Shown here one piece after another: positions 36,388 through 46,309 of a stretch of 64,000 nt of DNA (the first letter of the stretch is position 1; every line of letters starts with the position of its first letter). Both the position numbers and the translations under genes were made by a program. The notes beneath the pieces are model-generated. The model was not told the origin of the DNA and ran no database searches. It was given only the letters and a program-made list of their open reading frames with translations. The DNA is from an uncultured Candidatus Saccharibacteria bacterium (lineage in GTDB: Bacteria; Patescibacteriota; CPR2_A; CAYFQT01): assembly GCA_964345445.1 (NCBI GenBank), contig CAYFQT010000024.1, positions 4,634 to 68,633 of the forward strand. Direction: 5' to 3'.

Positions 36388-37134
36388 ATGAAGCCTAAAT
36401 ATAAAAGAGTATTACTTAAACTTTCTGGTGAAGCTTTATTAGGCAATCGTCAATATGGAATTGATCCTAAAGTAGTTTTAAAAATTGCTAAACAGATTAA
36501 AGAGATAGATAAATTAGGCGTTCAGGTGGCAGTTATAATTGGAGGAGGAAATATTTTTCGAGGATATACAGCAGCGGCTTCGGGTATGGATCGAGCCACA
36601 GCTGACTATATGGGAATGTTAGCTACAGTAATGAATGCTTTGGCTTTACAAGATGCTATAGAAAGCGAAGGAATTCCTTCAAGAGTTCAATCAGCTATTT
36701 CTATGCCAGAAGTAGCTGAATCTTATATTCGTCGTAGAGCTATAAGACATTTGGAAAAGAAAAGAGTTGTGATTTTTGCTGCTGGTACTGGTAACCCTTA
36801 TTTTTCTACTGATACTGCTGCATCTTTACGAGCTTTAGAAATTGATTGCGAAATAATTCTAAAAGCCACTAAAGTAGATGGGGTATATGATAAAGATCCT
36901 ATTTTATACAAAAAAGCCAAAAAAATAGATAAGTTGACTCATATTCAGGTTTTAAATAATAATTTAAAAGTTATAGATTCCACAGCTATATCTTTGTGTA
37001 TGGATAATAACCTGCCAATTATTATTTTTAATTTATTAAAGGATGGAAATATTAAAAAAGCAATCTATGGAGAAAAAATTGGGACAATTATTATCCCTAG
37101 TCAAACTAAATTAAAACTTGATAGAAATAAATAA
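36388..37134 (+). CDS. pyrH: UMP kinase
   Basis: [13 protein letters not shown] and [10 protein letters not shown] are PyrH motifs. Upstream of frr as usual. Confidence 0.9.
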   Translation: MKPKYKRVLLKLSGEALLGNRQYGIDPKVVLKIAKQIKEIDKLGVQVAVIIGGGNIFRGYTAAASGMDRATADYMGMLATVMNALALQDAIESEGIPSRVQSAISMPEVAESYIRRRAIRHLEKKRVVIFAAGTGNPYFSTDTAASLRALEIDCEIILKATKVDGVYDKDPILYKKAKKIDKLTHIQVLNNNLKVIDSTAISLCMDNNLPIIIFNLLKDGNIKKAIYGEKIGTIIIPSQTKLKLDRNK

Positions 37135-37147
37135 TGGAGATTTTAAT

Positions 37148-37708
37148 ATGATTGAACAAATTTTGGATAGTATAAAGCCTAAGGCGAAAAAGACTATTGA
37201 GCATTTAAAAGATGAACTTAAAACTATTCGTACTGGACGAGCCACTCCTTCTTTAGTAGAAGAAGTTCCAGTTTCTTATTATGGAACTAAAGTTCCTTTG
37301 AAACAAGTGGCTACAATTAACGTTCCCAGTCCTCGTTTAATTATGATTCAACCTTGGGATAAAAATAGTTTGGCGGATATTCAGACAGCTATTTCTAAAA
37401 ATTCTGTGTTGGGAGTAACTCCAACAAATGATGGCAAAGTTATCCGTTTAAATATCCCTGCTTTAAGTGAAGAACAGAGAGAAGAATTTATTAAATTAGT
37501 TCATAGGAAAGTAGAAGAAGCTCGTATTTCTTTACGAAATATTCGTCACGAGGCAAAAGAAGAAATTCGCTATCAAAAAGATGAAGGAAAGATTTCTGAA
37601 GATGATATGTATAAAGGCGAAGAAAAGCTACAAAAAAATATTGGTGAATTTATCAAGAAGATAGATGAAATATCTTCAAAAAAAGAAAAAGAGATTAAAG
37701 AGGTATAG
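37148..37708 (+). CDS. frr: Ribosome recycling factor
   Basis: LKTIRTGRATPSLVEEVPVSYYGTKVPLKQVATINVPSPRLIMIQPWDKN is the RRF signature. ATG 37148 is in frame. Confidence 0.9.
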   Translation: MIEQILDSIKPKAKKTIEHLKDELKTIRTGRATPSLVEEVPVSYYGTKVPLKQVATINVPSPRLIMIQPWDKNSLADIQTAISKNSVLGVTPTNDGKVIRLNIPALSEEQREEFIKLVHRKVEEARISLRNIRHEAKEEIRYQKDEGKISEDDMYKGEEKLQKNIGEFIKKIDEISSKKEKEIKEV

Positions 37709-37717
37709 GGGAATATA

Positions 37718-38440
37718 ATGATAAGAGAACAAAAAATGAAAAATCTTGTTCATGTAGCTATTATTTTAGATGGTAACCGTCGCTGGGCCAAAAAAAGAGG
37801 ATATAATCCTTGGATAGGGCATGAATATGGAGCTAGGAAAGTTGAGGAGATACTTAAGGTTGCTTTAGATTTAAAAATCCCTTACATATCTTTATGGGGT
37901 TCTTCTTTGGATAATTTAGCAAAGCGCTCTAAACGAGAAACTTCATTTTTATTAGGAATATTTAAAAAAGAATTTATAAAATTAGCTAAAGATAAAGATA
38001 TTCATAAAAATAAAGTAAGAATAAAAGTATTAGGACGATGGAATCAGATGTTTCCCGAGGAAGTAAAAAAATCAATCCAACAAGCTATAGATAAAACAAA
38101 AAATTATAACAATATGTTTTTGACTTTCTTTCTTGCTTATAGCGGAGTTGATGAAATGATGCAAGCAATAAAAAATATTGTTAGGCTAGCTCGGAATAAA
38201 AAAGATCTTAAAATAACTTCCCAACTTATTAAAGATAATCTTTTTACTTATGATTTGCCTCCAGTGGATTATCTCATCCGAACAGGAGGCGAACCCCATC
38301 TTTCTTGTGGGTTTATGATGTGGGATATTGCTGATACCAGATTATATTTTTCTAATAAACTTTGGCCTGATTTTACTAAAAAAGATTTTATATGTGCTAT
38401 CGAGCAATACAAAAAGGTAGAAAGAAGATTTGGGAAATAA
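37718..38440 (+). CDS. uppS: Undecaprenyl diphosphate synthase
   Basis: HVAIILDGNRRWAKKRG and ISLWGSSLDNL are cis-prenyltransferase motifs. Confidence 0.85.
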   Translation: MIREQKMKNLVHVAIILDGNRRWAKKRGYNPWIGHEYGARKVEEILKVALDLKIPYISLWGSSLDNLAKRSKRETSFLLGIFKKEFIKLAKDKDIHKNKVRIKVLGRWNQMFPEEVKKSIQQAIDKTKNYNNMFLTFFLAYSGVDEMMQAIKNIVRLARNKKDLKITSQLIKDNLFTYDLPPVDYLIRTGGEPHLSCGFMMWDIADTRLYFSNKLWPDFTKKDFICAIEQYKKVERRFGK

Positions 38441-38542
38441 TAAGAGTATAGGTGTCATAAGTATCATTGGTGTCAGAGGTGTCAGTTATATAATATGATA
38501 CTTTTGATACATCTGACACATTTGACACCTTTAGAGTTTTGT
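38441..38542 (+). repeat. Family-2 element
   Basis: ataggtgtcataagtatcattggtgtcagaggtgtcagttatataatatgatacttttgatacatctgacacatttgacaccttt. Confidence 0.8.
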
Positions 38543-39622
38543 ATGTTCACTATATTAATTTTTATTTTAGTTTTAAGTCTGCTTATTTTTGTTCATGAAA
38601 TAGGTCATTTTATTTTTGCTAAAAAAGCAGGAGTTGTTGTAGAAGAATTTGGTTTTGGCTTTCCACCAAGAATTTGGGGGATTAAAAGAGGAAACACTAC
38701 TTATTCTATAAATACTATTCCTTTTGGGGGATTTGTAAAAATGCGTGGTGAGGACCAGAAAGATACATCACCAGGAAGTTATTGGAATAAGTCTATTTTT
38801 GATAGAGCAAAAATAATAGCTTTTGGTCCAATAATGAATTTTTTGTTGGCGCTTGTTTTTTTATCTTTAATTTACAGTATAGGATTTAATCCATTTATTC
38901 CTGGAATGGAAAAACATTTTGGGGTTGTGAATAATCAAAAAGTTTTTGTAAAAGAAGTAGAGGAAAATACCCCAGCTGTTCAAGCAGGTATTAAAGAAGG
39001 AGATATAATAACTGCTGTTGATGACAAAGAAGTTTTTACGGATTTAGAATTAATTCTTTTAATTCAGGAAAGGAAAGGAGAGGAAGTAAATCTTAAAATT
39101 AACCGAGATGGGGAAATAATTAATAAAAATTTAACTCCTTATAAGACAGAACTAGAAGGTTATGAGGGTGATTATTTCCGATTAGGAGTATTAATTGAAA
39201 CAGAAGGTAAAGTATCCTGTCCTTTTTATTTAAGCCCCTATGTTGCTTTTGTAGAAATGATAAGAGTTACAAAATTAGTCTTTATAGCTCTGGGTAATTT
39301 TTTCAAAAATTTATTCTTATTTTTTACTGTTCCTCCTGGGGTAGCTGGTCCTGTAGGTATTGTTAATTTGACTGGCAAATTTGCCAATTTAGGATGGTTT
39401 TATCTTATCCAATTTGTTGCTTTCTTAAGTATTAATTTAGGAGTGATTAATTTAGCCCCTTTCCCTGCTTTAGATGGAGGAAGATTACTGTTTTTGACAA
39501 TTGAGAAAATTAGAGGCAAAAGAATAAATCAAAAAGTAGAAAATTTAATTAATAATATAGGATTTGCTTTATTAATAATATTAATTTTAATACTAACCTA
39601 TCATGATATTTTGAGATTTTGA
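38543..39622 (+). CDS. rseP: Site-2 zinc metalloprotease RseP/MmpA with PDZ domain
   Basis: MFTILIFILVLSLLIFVHEIGHF carries HExxH. PDZ segment QAGIKEGDIITAVDDK. C-terminal LDGG. The track's upstream extension (38495-38542) is translated from gatac/gacac repeat words, so ATG 38543 is preferred. Confidence 0.85.
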   Translation: MFTILIFILVLSLLIFVHEIGHFIFAKKAGVVVEEFGFGFPPRIWGIKRGNTTYSINTIPFGGFVKMRGEDQKDTSPGSYWNKSIFDRAKIIAFGPIMNFLLALVFLSLIYSIGFNPFIPGMEKHFGVVNNQKVFVKEVEENTPAVQAGIKEGDIITAVDDKEVFTDLELILLIQERKGEEVNLKINRDGEIINKNLTPYKTELEGYEGDYFRLGVLIETEGKVSCPFYLSPYVAFVEMIRVTKLVFIALGNFFKNLFLFFTVPPGVAGPVGIVNLTGKFANLGWFYLIQFVAFLSINLGVINLAPFPALDGGRLLFLTIEKIRGKRINQKVENLINNIGFALLIILILILTYHDILRF

Positions 39623-39701
39623 TAGTCAGGAATTTGTGCTAATAAAATGTATAATTTATATCACTAATTAATCACTAATATTAATATAATTTGGGAGTTG
39701 A

Positions 39702-41144
39702 ATGGAAAAAGAATATGTAAAGAAAATTACTAAGAAAAGTAAAGATTTTGCTAAATGGTATACTGATGTTATAACCAGAGCAGAATTAGCTGACTATGCA
39801 CCAGTAAAAGGCTGTATGGTTATTCGTCCTTATGGTTTTAAGTTATGGGAAAATATTCAAAAAATTCTTGATTTGAAAATTAAAAAAGAAGGGGTGCCTA
39901 ATGCTTATTTCCCTCTTTTTATTCCTGAAAGTTTTCTTAGGAAAGAATCTGAACATGTAGAAGGTTTTGCTCCTGAGGTGGCTTGGGTAACTCATGGTGG
40001 GGGTAAAAAACTAAAAGAAAAATTAGCTATTCGTCCAACCTCAGAGACTATTATATATTCTATGTTTTCTCGTTGGATTCAATCTTATCGAGACCTGCCG
40101 TTGAAGGTTAATCAATGGGCTAATATTGTAAGATGGGAGATGAGAACTAGACTATTTATCAGAACAGCAGAATTTTTGTGGCAGGAAGGTCATACTGCTT
40201 ATGGTAGCCTTAAAGAAGCTGACAAAGATACTATAAGAATGTTAGAGATGTATCAAGATTTTTGTGAGAATTATTTAGCAATACCGGTTGTAATAGGTAA
40301 AAAATCTGAATTAGAGAAATTTGCTGGAGCTCTATATACCACGACAGTGGAAGCTTTAATGACTGATGGTAAAGCCTTGCAGATGGGAACATCGCATAAT
40401 TTAGGACAGAATTTTTCCAAACCATTTGAAATAGAATATCTTGACCGGGAAGGAAAAAGACAATTTGTTTGGCAAACTAGCTGGGGAGTTTCCACTCGAC
40501 TTATTGGGGGAATTATTATGGCTCATGGTGATAATCAAGGGCTTATTTCTCCTCCTCGTGTAGCACCTATTCAAATTATTATTATTCCTATTTGGGCTAA
40601 TAGTAAAGAAAAGAAAGCAATAGGCAAAAAAGTTGATAAAATTAGAAAAATTTTAGGCAATAAATTTAGAATAGAAGTTGACAGTTGTGAAGAATATACT
40701 CCTGGTTGGAAATTCAATCAGTGGGAATTAAAAGGTGTTCCATTAAGATTAGAAATTGGACCAAAAGATATTCAAAAAAATCAAATAGTTTTAGTCAGAA
40801 GAGATAACAGAGAAGAAAAAATAGTAGAAGAAAATAAATTATTTGAAACTGTTAATGTTTTACTCAAAGACATTCAAAAAAGTTTATTTAAGAAGGCAAA
40901 GAAATTCCAAGAAGATAATACACATAAAGTAGATAATTTTGATCAGTTTAAAAAGATTATAGATAAAAATCAAGGATTTATAAAAGCTTATTGGTGTGGA
41001 GAGGAGAAATGTGAACAGAAGATAAAAGATTTAACAGGTGCTAGTATTCGTTGCATTCCTTTAAAGCAGGAATCCAAAACAGGCAAATGTATAAAATGTG
41101 GTAAGAAGTCAAAAGATTTAGTTTATTTTGCCAGAGCATATTAA
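39702..41144 (+). CDS. proS: Prolyl-tRNA synthetase, archaeal/eukaryotic-type
   Basis: Class II motifs FRPYGFKLW and WQTSWGVSTRLIGGIIMAHGD. About 480 aa with no INS domain. C-terminal Cys cluster CGEEKC...CIKCGKK ending in Tyr. Confidence 0.85.
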   Translation: MEKEYVKKITKKSKDFAKWYTDVITRAELADYAPVKGCMVIRPYGFKLWENIQKILDLKIKKEGVPNAYFPLFIPESFLRKESEHVEGFAPEVAWVTHGGGKKLKEKLAIRPTSETIIYSMFSRWIQSYRDLPLKVNQWANIVRWEMRTRLFIRTAEFLWQEGHTAYGSLKEADKDTIRMLEMYQDFCENYLAIPVVIGKKSELEKFAGALYTTTVEALMTDGKALQMGTSHNLGQNFSKPFEIEYLDREGKRQFVWQTSWGVSTRLIGGIIMAHGDNQGLISPPRVAPIQIIIIPIWANSKEKKAIGKKVDKIRKILGNKFRIEVDSCEEYTPGWKFNQWELKGVPLRLEIGPKDIQKNQIVLVRRDNREEKIVEENKLFETVNVLLKDIQKSLFKKAKKFQEDNTHKVDNFDQFKKIIDKNQGFIKAYWCGEEKCEQKIKDLTGASIRCIPLKQESKTGKCIKCGKKSKDLVYFARAY

Positions 41145-41351
41145 TTCGCATTACTCTTGTAATTTTTTTCATTTATTGATACACTGAAATATCTAATAGT
41201 TAGTAGTTTATAGTTAACTCTTCAACTATGTTTATGGTAGACAGTTAAAAATTGATGACTGACAGTTTGCAAATAATAATGTACAATAGTATTGCTATGA
41301 GTAATTTTTTGTTCCTCCGGTAGACCACCAAGAGGAATAGGGAGGTAATAA

Positions 41352-42407
41352 GTGGTAGTTAATAAAATTTTAGGAGTTTTTTCTTCTGACATAGGAATAG
41401 ATTTAGGAACAGCCAATACTTTAGTATATGTTCGAGGAAGGGGGATAATTATTAATGAACCTTCTGTTGTGGCTATAAATCTTAAGAATAAGCAGATATT
41501 AGCCATTGGTGATGAAGCTAAAAAAATGGTTGGACGGACACCGTCTAATATTATAGCTAATCGTCCTTTAGTTGATGGGGTTGTTTCTGATTTTGAAGTT
41601 ACTGAACAAATGCTTCGTTATTTTATTGAAAAAGTTCATCAGAAGGCATTTACTTTCTTGCCCCGTCCACGCGTCGTTATAGGTATTCCTTCAGGAGTGA
41701 CTGAAGTAGAGAAAAGAGCGGTAGAAGAAGCTACAACAAATGCTGGTGCCCGGCAAGCATTTTTGATTGAGGAACCTATGGCAGCGGCTATTGGGTCAAG
41801 ATTACCTGTTCAAGATGCCTCCGGCTCTATGATTGTAGACATTGGTGGAGGGACAACTGAAGTGGCGGTTATTTCTTTAGGAGGTATTGTTTCTAATAAA
41901 TCTATTCGAGTAGCTGGTGATGAATTAAATGAAGATATTATTCAATTTGGTAAAGATGAATTTAATTTACTTCTAGGAGAAAGAACAGCCGAAGATATTA
42001 AAATTAGAATTGGTTCAGCTTACCCTCTAGAAGATAAGCTGGAAATGACAATGCGAGGTAGAGATTTGGTCACTGGATTACCTAAAGCTGTTATTGTAAA
42101 TGATGCACATATAAGAAGTGCTTTATCTAAATCAGTTCAGATTATAGTAGATGCTATAAAGACTACTATTGAACAAACTCCCCCAGAACTTGTTGCTGAT
42201 ATTATGGATAGAGGTATTATGTTAGTAGGAGGGGGAGCATTACTTCGAGGACTAGATAAGTTAATAGCTGAACAGACTCAAATGCCCGTGGCTGTAGCTG
42301 ATGATCCTATGACCTGTGTTGTTAGGGGCACAGGATTGGTTTTAGAAGACATTGAGTCTCTAAAAGAAGTTTTAGTAACAACTCAATACGAAAAAGCCCC
42401 AAGATAA
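41352..42407 (+). CDS. mreB: Rod-shape determining protein MreB
   Basis: DIGIDLGTANTLVYVRGRGIIINEPSVVA is the actin-fold phosphate-1 motif. GTG start. Confidence 0.9.
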   Translation: MVVNKILGVFSSDIGIDLGTANTLVYVRGRGIIINEPSVVAINLKNKQILAIGDEAKKMVGRTPSNIIANRPLVDGVVSDFEVTEQMLRYFIEKVHQKAFTFLPRPRVVIGIPSGVTEVEKRAVEEATTNAGARQAFLIEEPMAAAIGSRLPVQDASGSMIVDIGGGTTEVAVISLGGIVSNKSIRVAGDELNEDIIQFGKDEFNLLLGERTAEDIKIRIGSAYPLEDKLEMTMRGRDLVTGLPKAVIVNDAHIRSALSKSVQIIVDAIKTTIEQTPPELVADIMDRGIMLVGGGALLRGLDKLIAEQTQMPVAVADDPMTCVVRGTGLVLEDIESLKEVLVTTQYEKAPR

Positions 42408-42611
42408 TCACAAAAATAATCAATTAAGAAACAAAATCCTAAATCCGAAATCCTAAATACTAAACAATTTCAAAATTCCAATATTCTAATGTTCTAAACA
42501 TTTGTTTTGGTCATTTGGATTTTCCGCCAGAGGCGAATCAGCCTTTGGCTGAAGATATTAGGATTTGTTTAGGATTTAGTGCTTAGAAATTAGATATTAT
42601 TTTCTTATATT
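42408..42611 (+). repeat. Family-5 element
   Basis: aaaatcctaaatccgaaatcctaaatactaaacaatttcaaaatt ... gatattaggatttgtttaggatttagtgcttagaaattagatattattttc. Confidence 0.7.
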
Positions 42612-43418
42612 ATGCGAAAAATATTTACTAAACATTTTATCTTATTTATTATTCTTATAGCAGTTTGTATACTGCTTATTATTTTATATCAGATAAGTTT
42701 TTTAGCTCCGGTAAATAGTGTAGTATATAAAATAACTGTTCCTTTTCGGGTTGCATTTATAAAAATATCTGATACAATTTCTGGAAACTTTAACATTATT
42801 TTTACAGCCAAAAACCTGCAGAAAGAAAATCAAGAGTTAAAAAAACAAGTTGATGAACTTACTGCTGAAGTATCTCAATTGAAAGAGTTTAAAGTAGAAA
42901 ATGAAATTTTAAGAAAACAATTAGATTTTGCTCAACATGAAGAATTTATGTTAGTTCCTTGTGAAATTATAAGTTATGAGCCTAGTAATTTTTTAAAAAA
43001 TTTTGAAATTAATAAAGGAAAAAATCAAGGAATAGATGAAAAAATGGCTGTAATTTCCTCAGGACTTTTAGTAGGGCAGGTAATTGAAGTGAGTGATGAT
43101 TTTTCTAAAGTTTCTTTGATTACTGATTCTGAAAGTAAAATAGGGGGGATAGTTCAAGATACCCGAGCTACAGGAATAGTAAAAGGGCAACTGGGCTATG
43201 GAATAGTAATGGATTCTATTCCTCAAGATGAATTAATAGAATCAGGACAGAAAGTAATTACTTCTGGTTTAGGCGGAGAAATGCCCAAAGGAATAGTTAT
43301 CGGCTATATCCAAGATATTTCTGGAAAACCTACTGAAGTTTTCCAACAAGCTACTGTACGTCCGGCAGTAGATTTCCGACATCTAGAGATGGTATTTGTG
43401 ATAGTGGGAAGTAAGTAA
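42612..43418 (+). CDS. mreC: Rod-shape determining protein MreC
   Basis: N-terminal TM, coiled coil (LQKENQELKKQVDELTAEVSQLKE), C-terminal beta domain. Position between mreB and mreD. Confidence 0.75.
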   Translation: MRKIFTKHFILFIILIAVCILLIILYQISFLAPVNSVVYKITVPFRVAFIKISDTISGNFNIIFTAKNLQKENQELKKQVDELTAEVSQLKEFKVENEILRKQLDFAQHEEFMLVPCEIISYEPSNFLKNFEINKGKNQGIDEKMAVISSGLLVGQVIEVSDDFSKVSLITDSESKIGGIVQDTRATGIVKGQLGYGIVMDSIPQDELIESGQKVITSGLGGEMPKGIVIGYIQDISGKPTEVFQQATVRPAVDFRHLEMVFVIVGSK

Positions 43419-43570
43419 AAAGTATCAAAGGTGTCAGATGTATCAATAAAAAAATGTCAAGCGTGTCAAATATGTCAGAAGTGTCAAATGTTATTATATA
43501 TTCTTTGACACCATTGATACCTGTGATACTTTTGATACCTATTATTAATGCTTATGATACTTGTTATTTT
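43419..43570 (+). repeat. Family-2 element (longest instance)
   Basis: aaagtatcaaaggtgtcagatgtatcaataaaaaaatgtcaagcgtgtcaaatatgtcagaagtgtcaaatgttattatatattctttgacaccattgatacctgtgatacttttgatacctattattaatgcttatgatacttg. Confidence 0.8.
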
Positions 43571-43620
43571 GGCACTAGTAGCACACTTGCAATACTAATA
43601 TTTTATTAAGGTGAATATTC

Positions 43621-44178
43621 ATGAAGACTTTTTTAAGTGGAATAATTATATTTTTTGCTGTGATTTTGCAAGTTACAATTTTGCCTAAAATAACTATTTG
43701 GGAAGTAATGCCTAATTTAATTCTTCTATTGATTGTTTGCCAAAGTGCAATTAAAGGATATAAAGAAGGAATGGTTTGGGCTTTCTCTTGTGGGCTTCTT
43801 TTGGATTTTTTCTCCAATGTATATTTTGGAATTTTCTCTTTAATTTTTTTGTTTATTGCTTTTATTGTTAGTTTTGTAACCAAAAAATTTTTGGGAAAGA
43901 TTGGTTTATTATCCATAATAATTATTTCTGTAATTTCTACTATAATGTTTGATTTTATTTTTCTCTCAGTTATAAAAATTAATGTTTTAAGTTCAGAAGT
44001 TATTTTGGATTTTATTCGTTCTACTTTTCCTGAGTATTTTATTCAAATAATATTTAAAGAAATAATCTTCAATGCTTTTCTAGCAATTATTGTTTATCTT
44101 TTATTGTTTAAATTTAATGATTGGTTAAAATATTATGAAGGTAGGGTTAGATTACCTGGTGATTTTTATCGAAGATAG
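43621..44178 (+). CDS. mreD: Rod-shape determining protein MreD-like polytopic membrane protein
   Basis: Small 5-TM protein following mreC. Assigned mainly by synteny. Confidence 0.6.
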   Translation: MKTFLSGIIIFFAVILQVTILPKITIWEVMPNLILLLIVCQSAIKGYKEGMVWAFSCGLLLDFFSNVYFGIFSLIFLFIAFIVSFVTKKFLGKIGLLSIIIISVISTIMFDFIFLSVIKINVLSSEVILDFIRSTFPEYFIQIIFKEIIFNAFLAIIVYLLLFKFNDWLKYYEGRVRLPGDFYRR

Positions 44179-44224
44179 TAATTTTTCGAATGAGATGAGA
44201 AAAATTCTACACCGGAGGTGCAAG

Positions 44225-46204
44225 ATGAAAAAAAATAACATTTTTGGAGAACATTACGAAGGTATTTCCAAAGATAATAAAAAAAGATTTATTGATGGAA
44301 ACATTGATAATTTAGAAGAAGACTGGACAGATGCATTAACACATTCAGATGAAGAAATGCCTGAAAGTGAAACAAAAGTTAGTTTTAGGAGCATCGTTTT
44401 CTTTCATCTGGTTATTTTTTTGATTTTTGTTTTTTTATCTTCTGGACTCTGGTATCTTCAAATTTTAAATGGAAAATATAATCTTTCTTTAGCTGAAGGT
44501 AATCGCATCCGTACAACAACCGTAAGAGCTAAAAGAGGAATAATCTATGATAGAAACAAAAAACAACTTACAGAGAATACCCCTAACTTTGAAATCAGTA
44601 TAGTTCCCGCAGATTTACCTAAGGATGAAAGCCAAAGAGATAATTTTTATAATAATCTAGCAGCAGTTTTAGGGATAGATCCCCAGGAAATTAAAAAAAT
44701 GGTAGAAGAAAAAGGATATGATACCTATGAACCTGTAATAATCAAAAAAGATGTAGACAGAGATACTAAGATGATGTTTGAGCTTAAACATAATCAGTTT
44801 TACCAGGCTCATTTATCTGAAAATCCTACCCGAGAATATACCGAAAAAAATATATTTTCCCATATTATTGGTTATATAAGTAGGATTGATGAGAAAGAAC
44901 TAGAAGAGAAAAGAAATTCTCCCGAAGAAGCTGATATTAATTATGCTTTGAATGATTATATTGGCAAAACTGGTTTAGAATATTCTTATGAATCTACATT
45001 ACATGGGAAAAATGGAAGAGAAAGGGTAGAAGTAGATGCAGATGGAAAAGTAATCAAGGTTCTAGCTTCAGAACCACCCCAGCCAGGAGAAAGTCTGGTC
45101 CTATCTATAGATTCTGATTTGCAAAAAGAAGTAACTAAATATTTACAAGAAGGAATTGCTAATGTTAGGTCAACTTCTGGGGCTGCTGTTGCTTTAAATC
45201 CTCAGACAGGGGAAGTTTTAGCTTCAGTTTCTCTGCCAGATTTTGATAATAATTTGTTTGCTAAAGGTATATTGCCTGAAGATTACCAGAGCCTACTTAT
45301 TGATTCTAAAAAACCTTTATTTAATAGAGTAATTTCTGGCACTTATCCTTCTGGATCCACTATTAAGCCAGTTGTTGGGGCTGCAGGTCTTCAGGAAGGA
45401 ATAATAAGTTCAGGTTCATATATTCACTGTCCAGGGGTGATTGAAGTTCCTAATCAATATAATCCGGAAATTATTTATAAATTTCCCTGTTGGAATTTAG
45501 CAGGGCATGGCTCAGTTGCTATAATTGATGCTATTGCCCAATCTTGTGATGTGTTTTTCTACACGGTAGGTGGAGGATATCAAGGAAGAAAGAGTTTGGG
45601 TTTAGAAAAACTTAGACATTATATGGCCCTTTTTGGACTGGGGGAGCAGACAGGTATTGATTTACCTAATGAAGATTCTGGGTTGGTTCCTTCCGAGGAA
45701 TGGAAAATAAATGCAAAGGGAGAAACTTGGTATCAAGGAGACACTTATCATATGTCTATAGGGCAAGGAGATCTCCTGGCTACCCCTTTACAAGTGGCAA
45801 ATTTCACAGCAACTGTTGCCAATGGTGGTAAATTATATAAACCTCAGGTTGTTCGTCAAATAATAGATGTAAATGGTCAGGTAACAAGAGATTTTACTCC
45901 TTTTGTAATTCGAGAAAATTTTATTTCTGAAAGTAACATTAATCTTGTTCGTCAAGGGATGCGCAAGGTAGTGACATCAGGCACTGCCAGGAGCTTAAAT
46001 TCCTTACCTGTTCCTGCAGCTGGAAAAACAGGTACAGCTGAATATGGATTTTATGGTGAAAAAAAGCATGCTTGGTTTACTTGCTTTGCTCCCTATGATA
46101 ATCCTCAAATTGCTTTAGTTGTTTTAATTGAAGGTGGGGGAGAGGGTCATGATGCTGCTGTTCCCGTAGCCGGTAAAATATTACAATATTATTTCACCCG
46201 TTGA
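44225..46204 (+). CDS. mrdA: Penicillin-binding protein 2 (elongation transpeptidase)
   Basis: Dimerisation domain YLQILNGKYNLSLAEGNRIRTTTVRAKRGIIYDRN. Transpeptidase motifs SGSTIKP (SxxK), SIGQGD and KTGTAE. ATG 44225 follows RBS ccggaggtg; the track start 44135 overlaps mreD. Confidence 0.85.
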   Translation: MKKNNIFGEHYEGISKDNKKRFIDGNIDNLEEDWTDALTHSDEEMPESETKVSFRSIVFFHLVIFLIFVFLSSGLWYLQILNGKYNLSLAEGNRIRTTTVRAKRGIIYDRNKKQLTENTPNFEISIVPADLPKDESQRDNFYNNLAAVLGIDPQEIKKMVEEKGYDTYEPVIIKKDVDRDTKMMFELKHNQFYQAHLSENPTREYTEKNIFSHIIGYISRIDEKELEEKRNSPEEADINYALNDYIGKTGLEYSYESTLHGKNGRERVEVDADGKVIKVLASEPPQPGESLVLSIDSDLQKEVTKYLQEGIANVRSTSGAAVALNPQTGEVLASVSLPDFDNNLFAKGILPEDYQSLLIDSKKPLFNRVISGTYPSGSTIKPVVGAAGLQEGIISSGSYIHCPGVIEVPNQYNPEIIYKFPCWNLAGHGSVAIIDAIAQSCDVFFYTVGGGYQGRKSLGLEKLRHYMALFGLGEQTGIDLPNEDSGLVPSEEWKINAKGETWYQGDTYHMSIGQGDLLATPLQVANFTATVANGGKLYKPQVVRQIIDVNGQVTRDFTPFVIRENFISESNINLVRQGMRKVVTSGTARSLNSLPVPAAGKTGTAEYGFYGEKKHAWFTCFAPYDNPQIALVVLIEGGGEGHDAAVPVAGKILQYYFTR

Positions 46205-46272
46205 TATAAATATCAAGGTTCAAAAATCAAAATTTAAAATGTAAAATATATATTTGATTTTTTAATAAAACT

Positions 46273-46301
46273 CTTGACATGTTTAAAAAAATTTGCTAAT
46301 A
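46273..46301 (+). promoter_or_regulatory. Sigma70-type promoter (TTGACA-17-TAATAT) with extended AACTCTTGACA box, driving the 46.3-47.65 kb ORF-free region
   Basis: aaactcTTGACAtgtttaaaaaaatttgcTAATATcag. Confidence 0.5.
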
Positions 46302-46309
46302 TCAGACCC

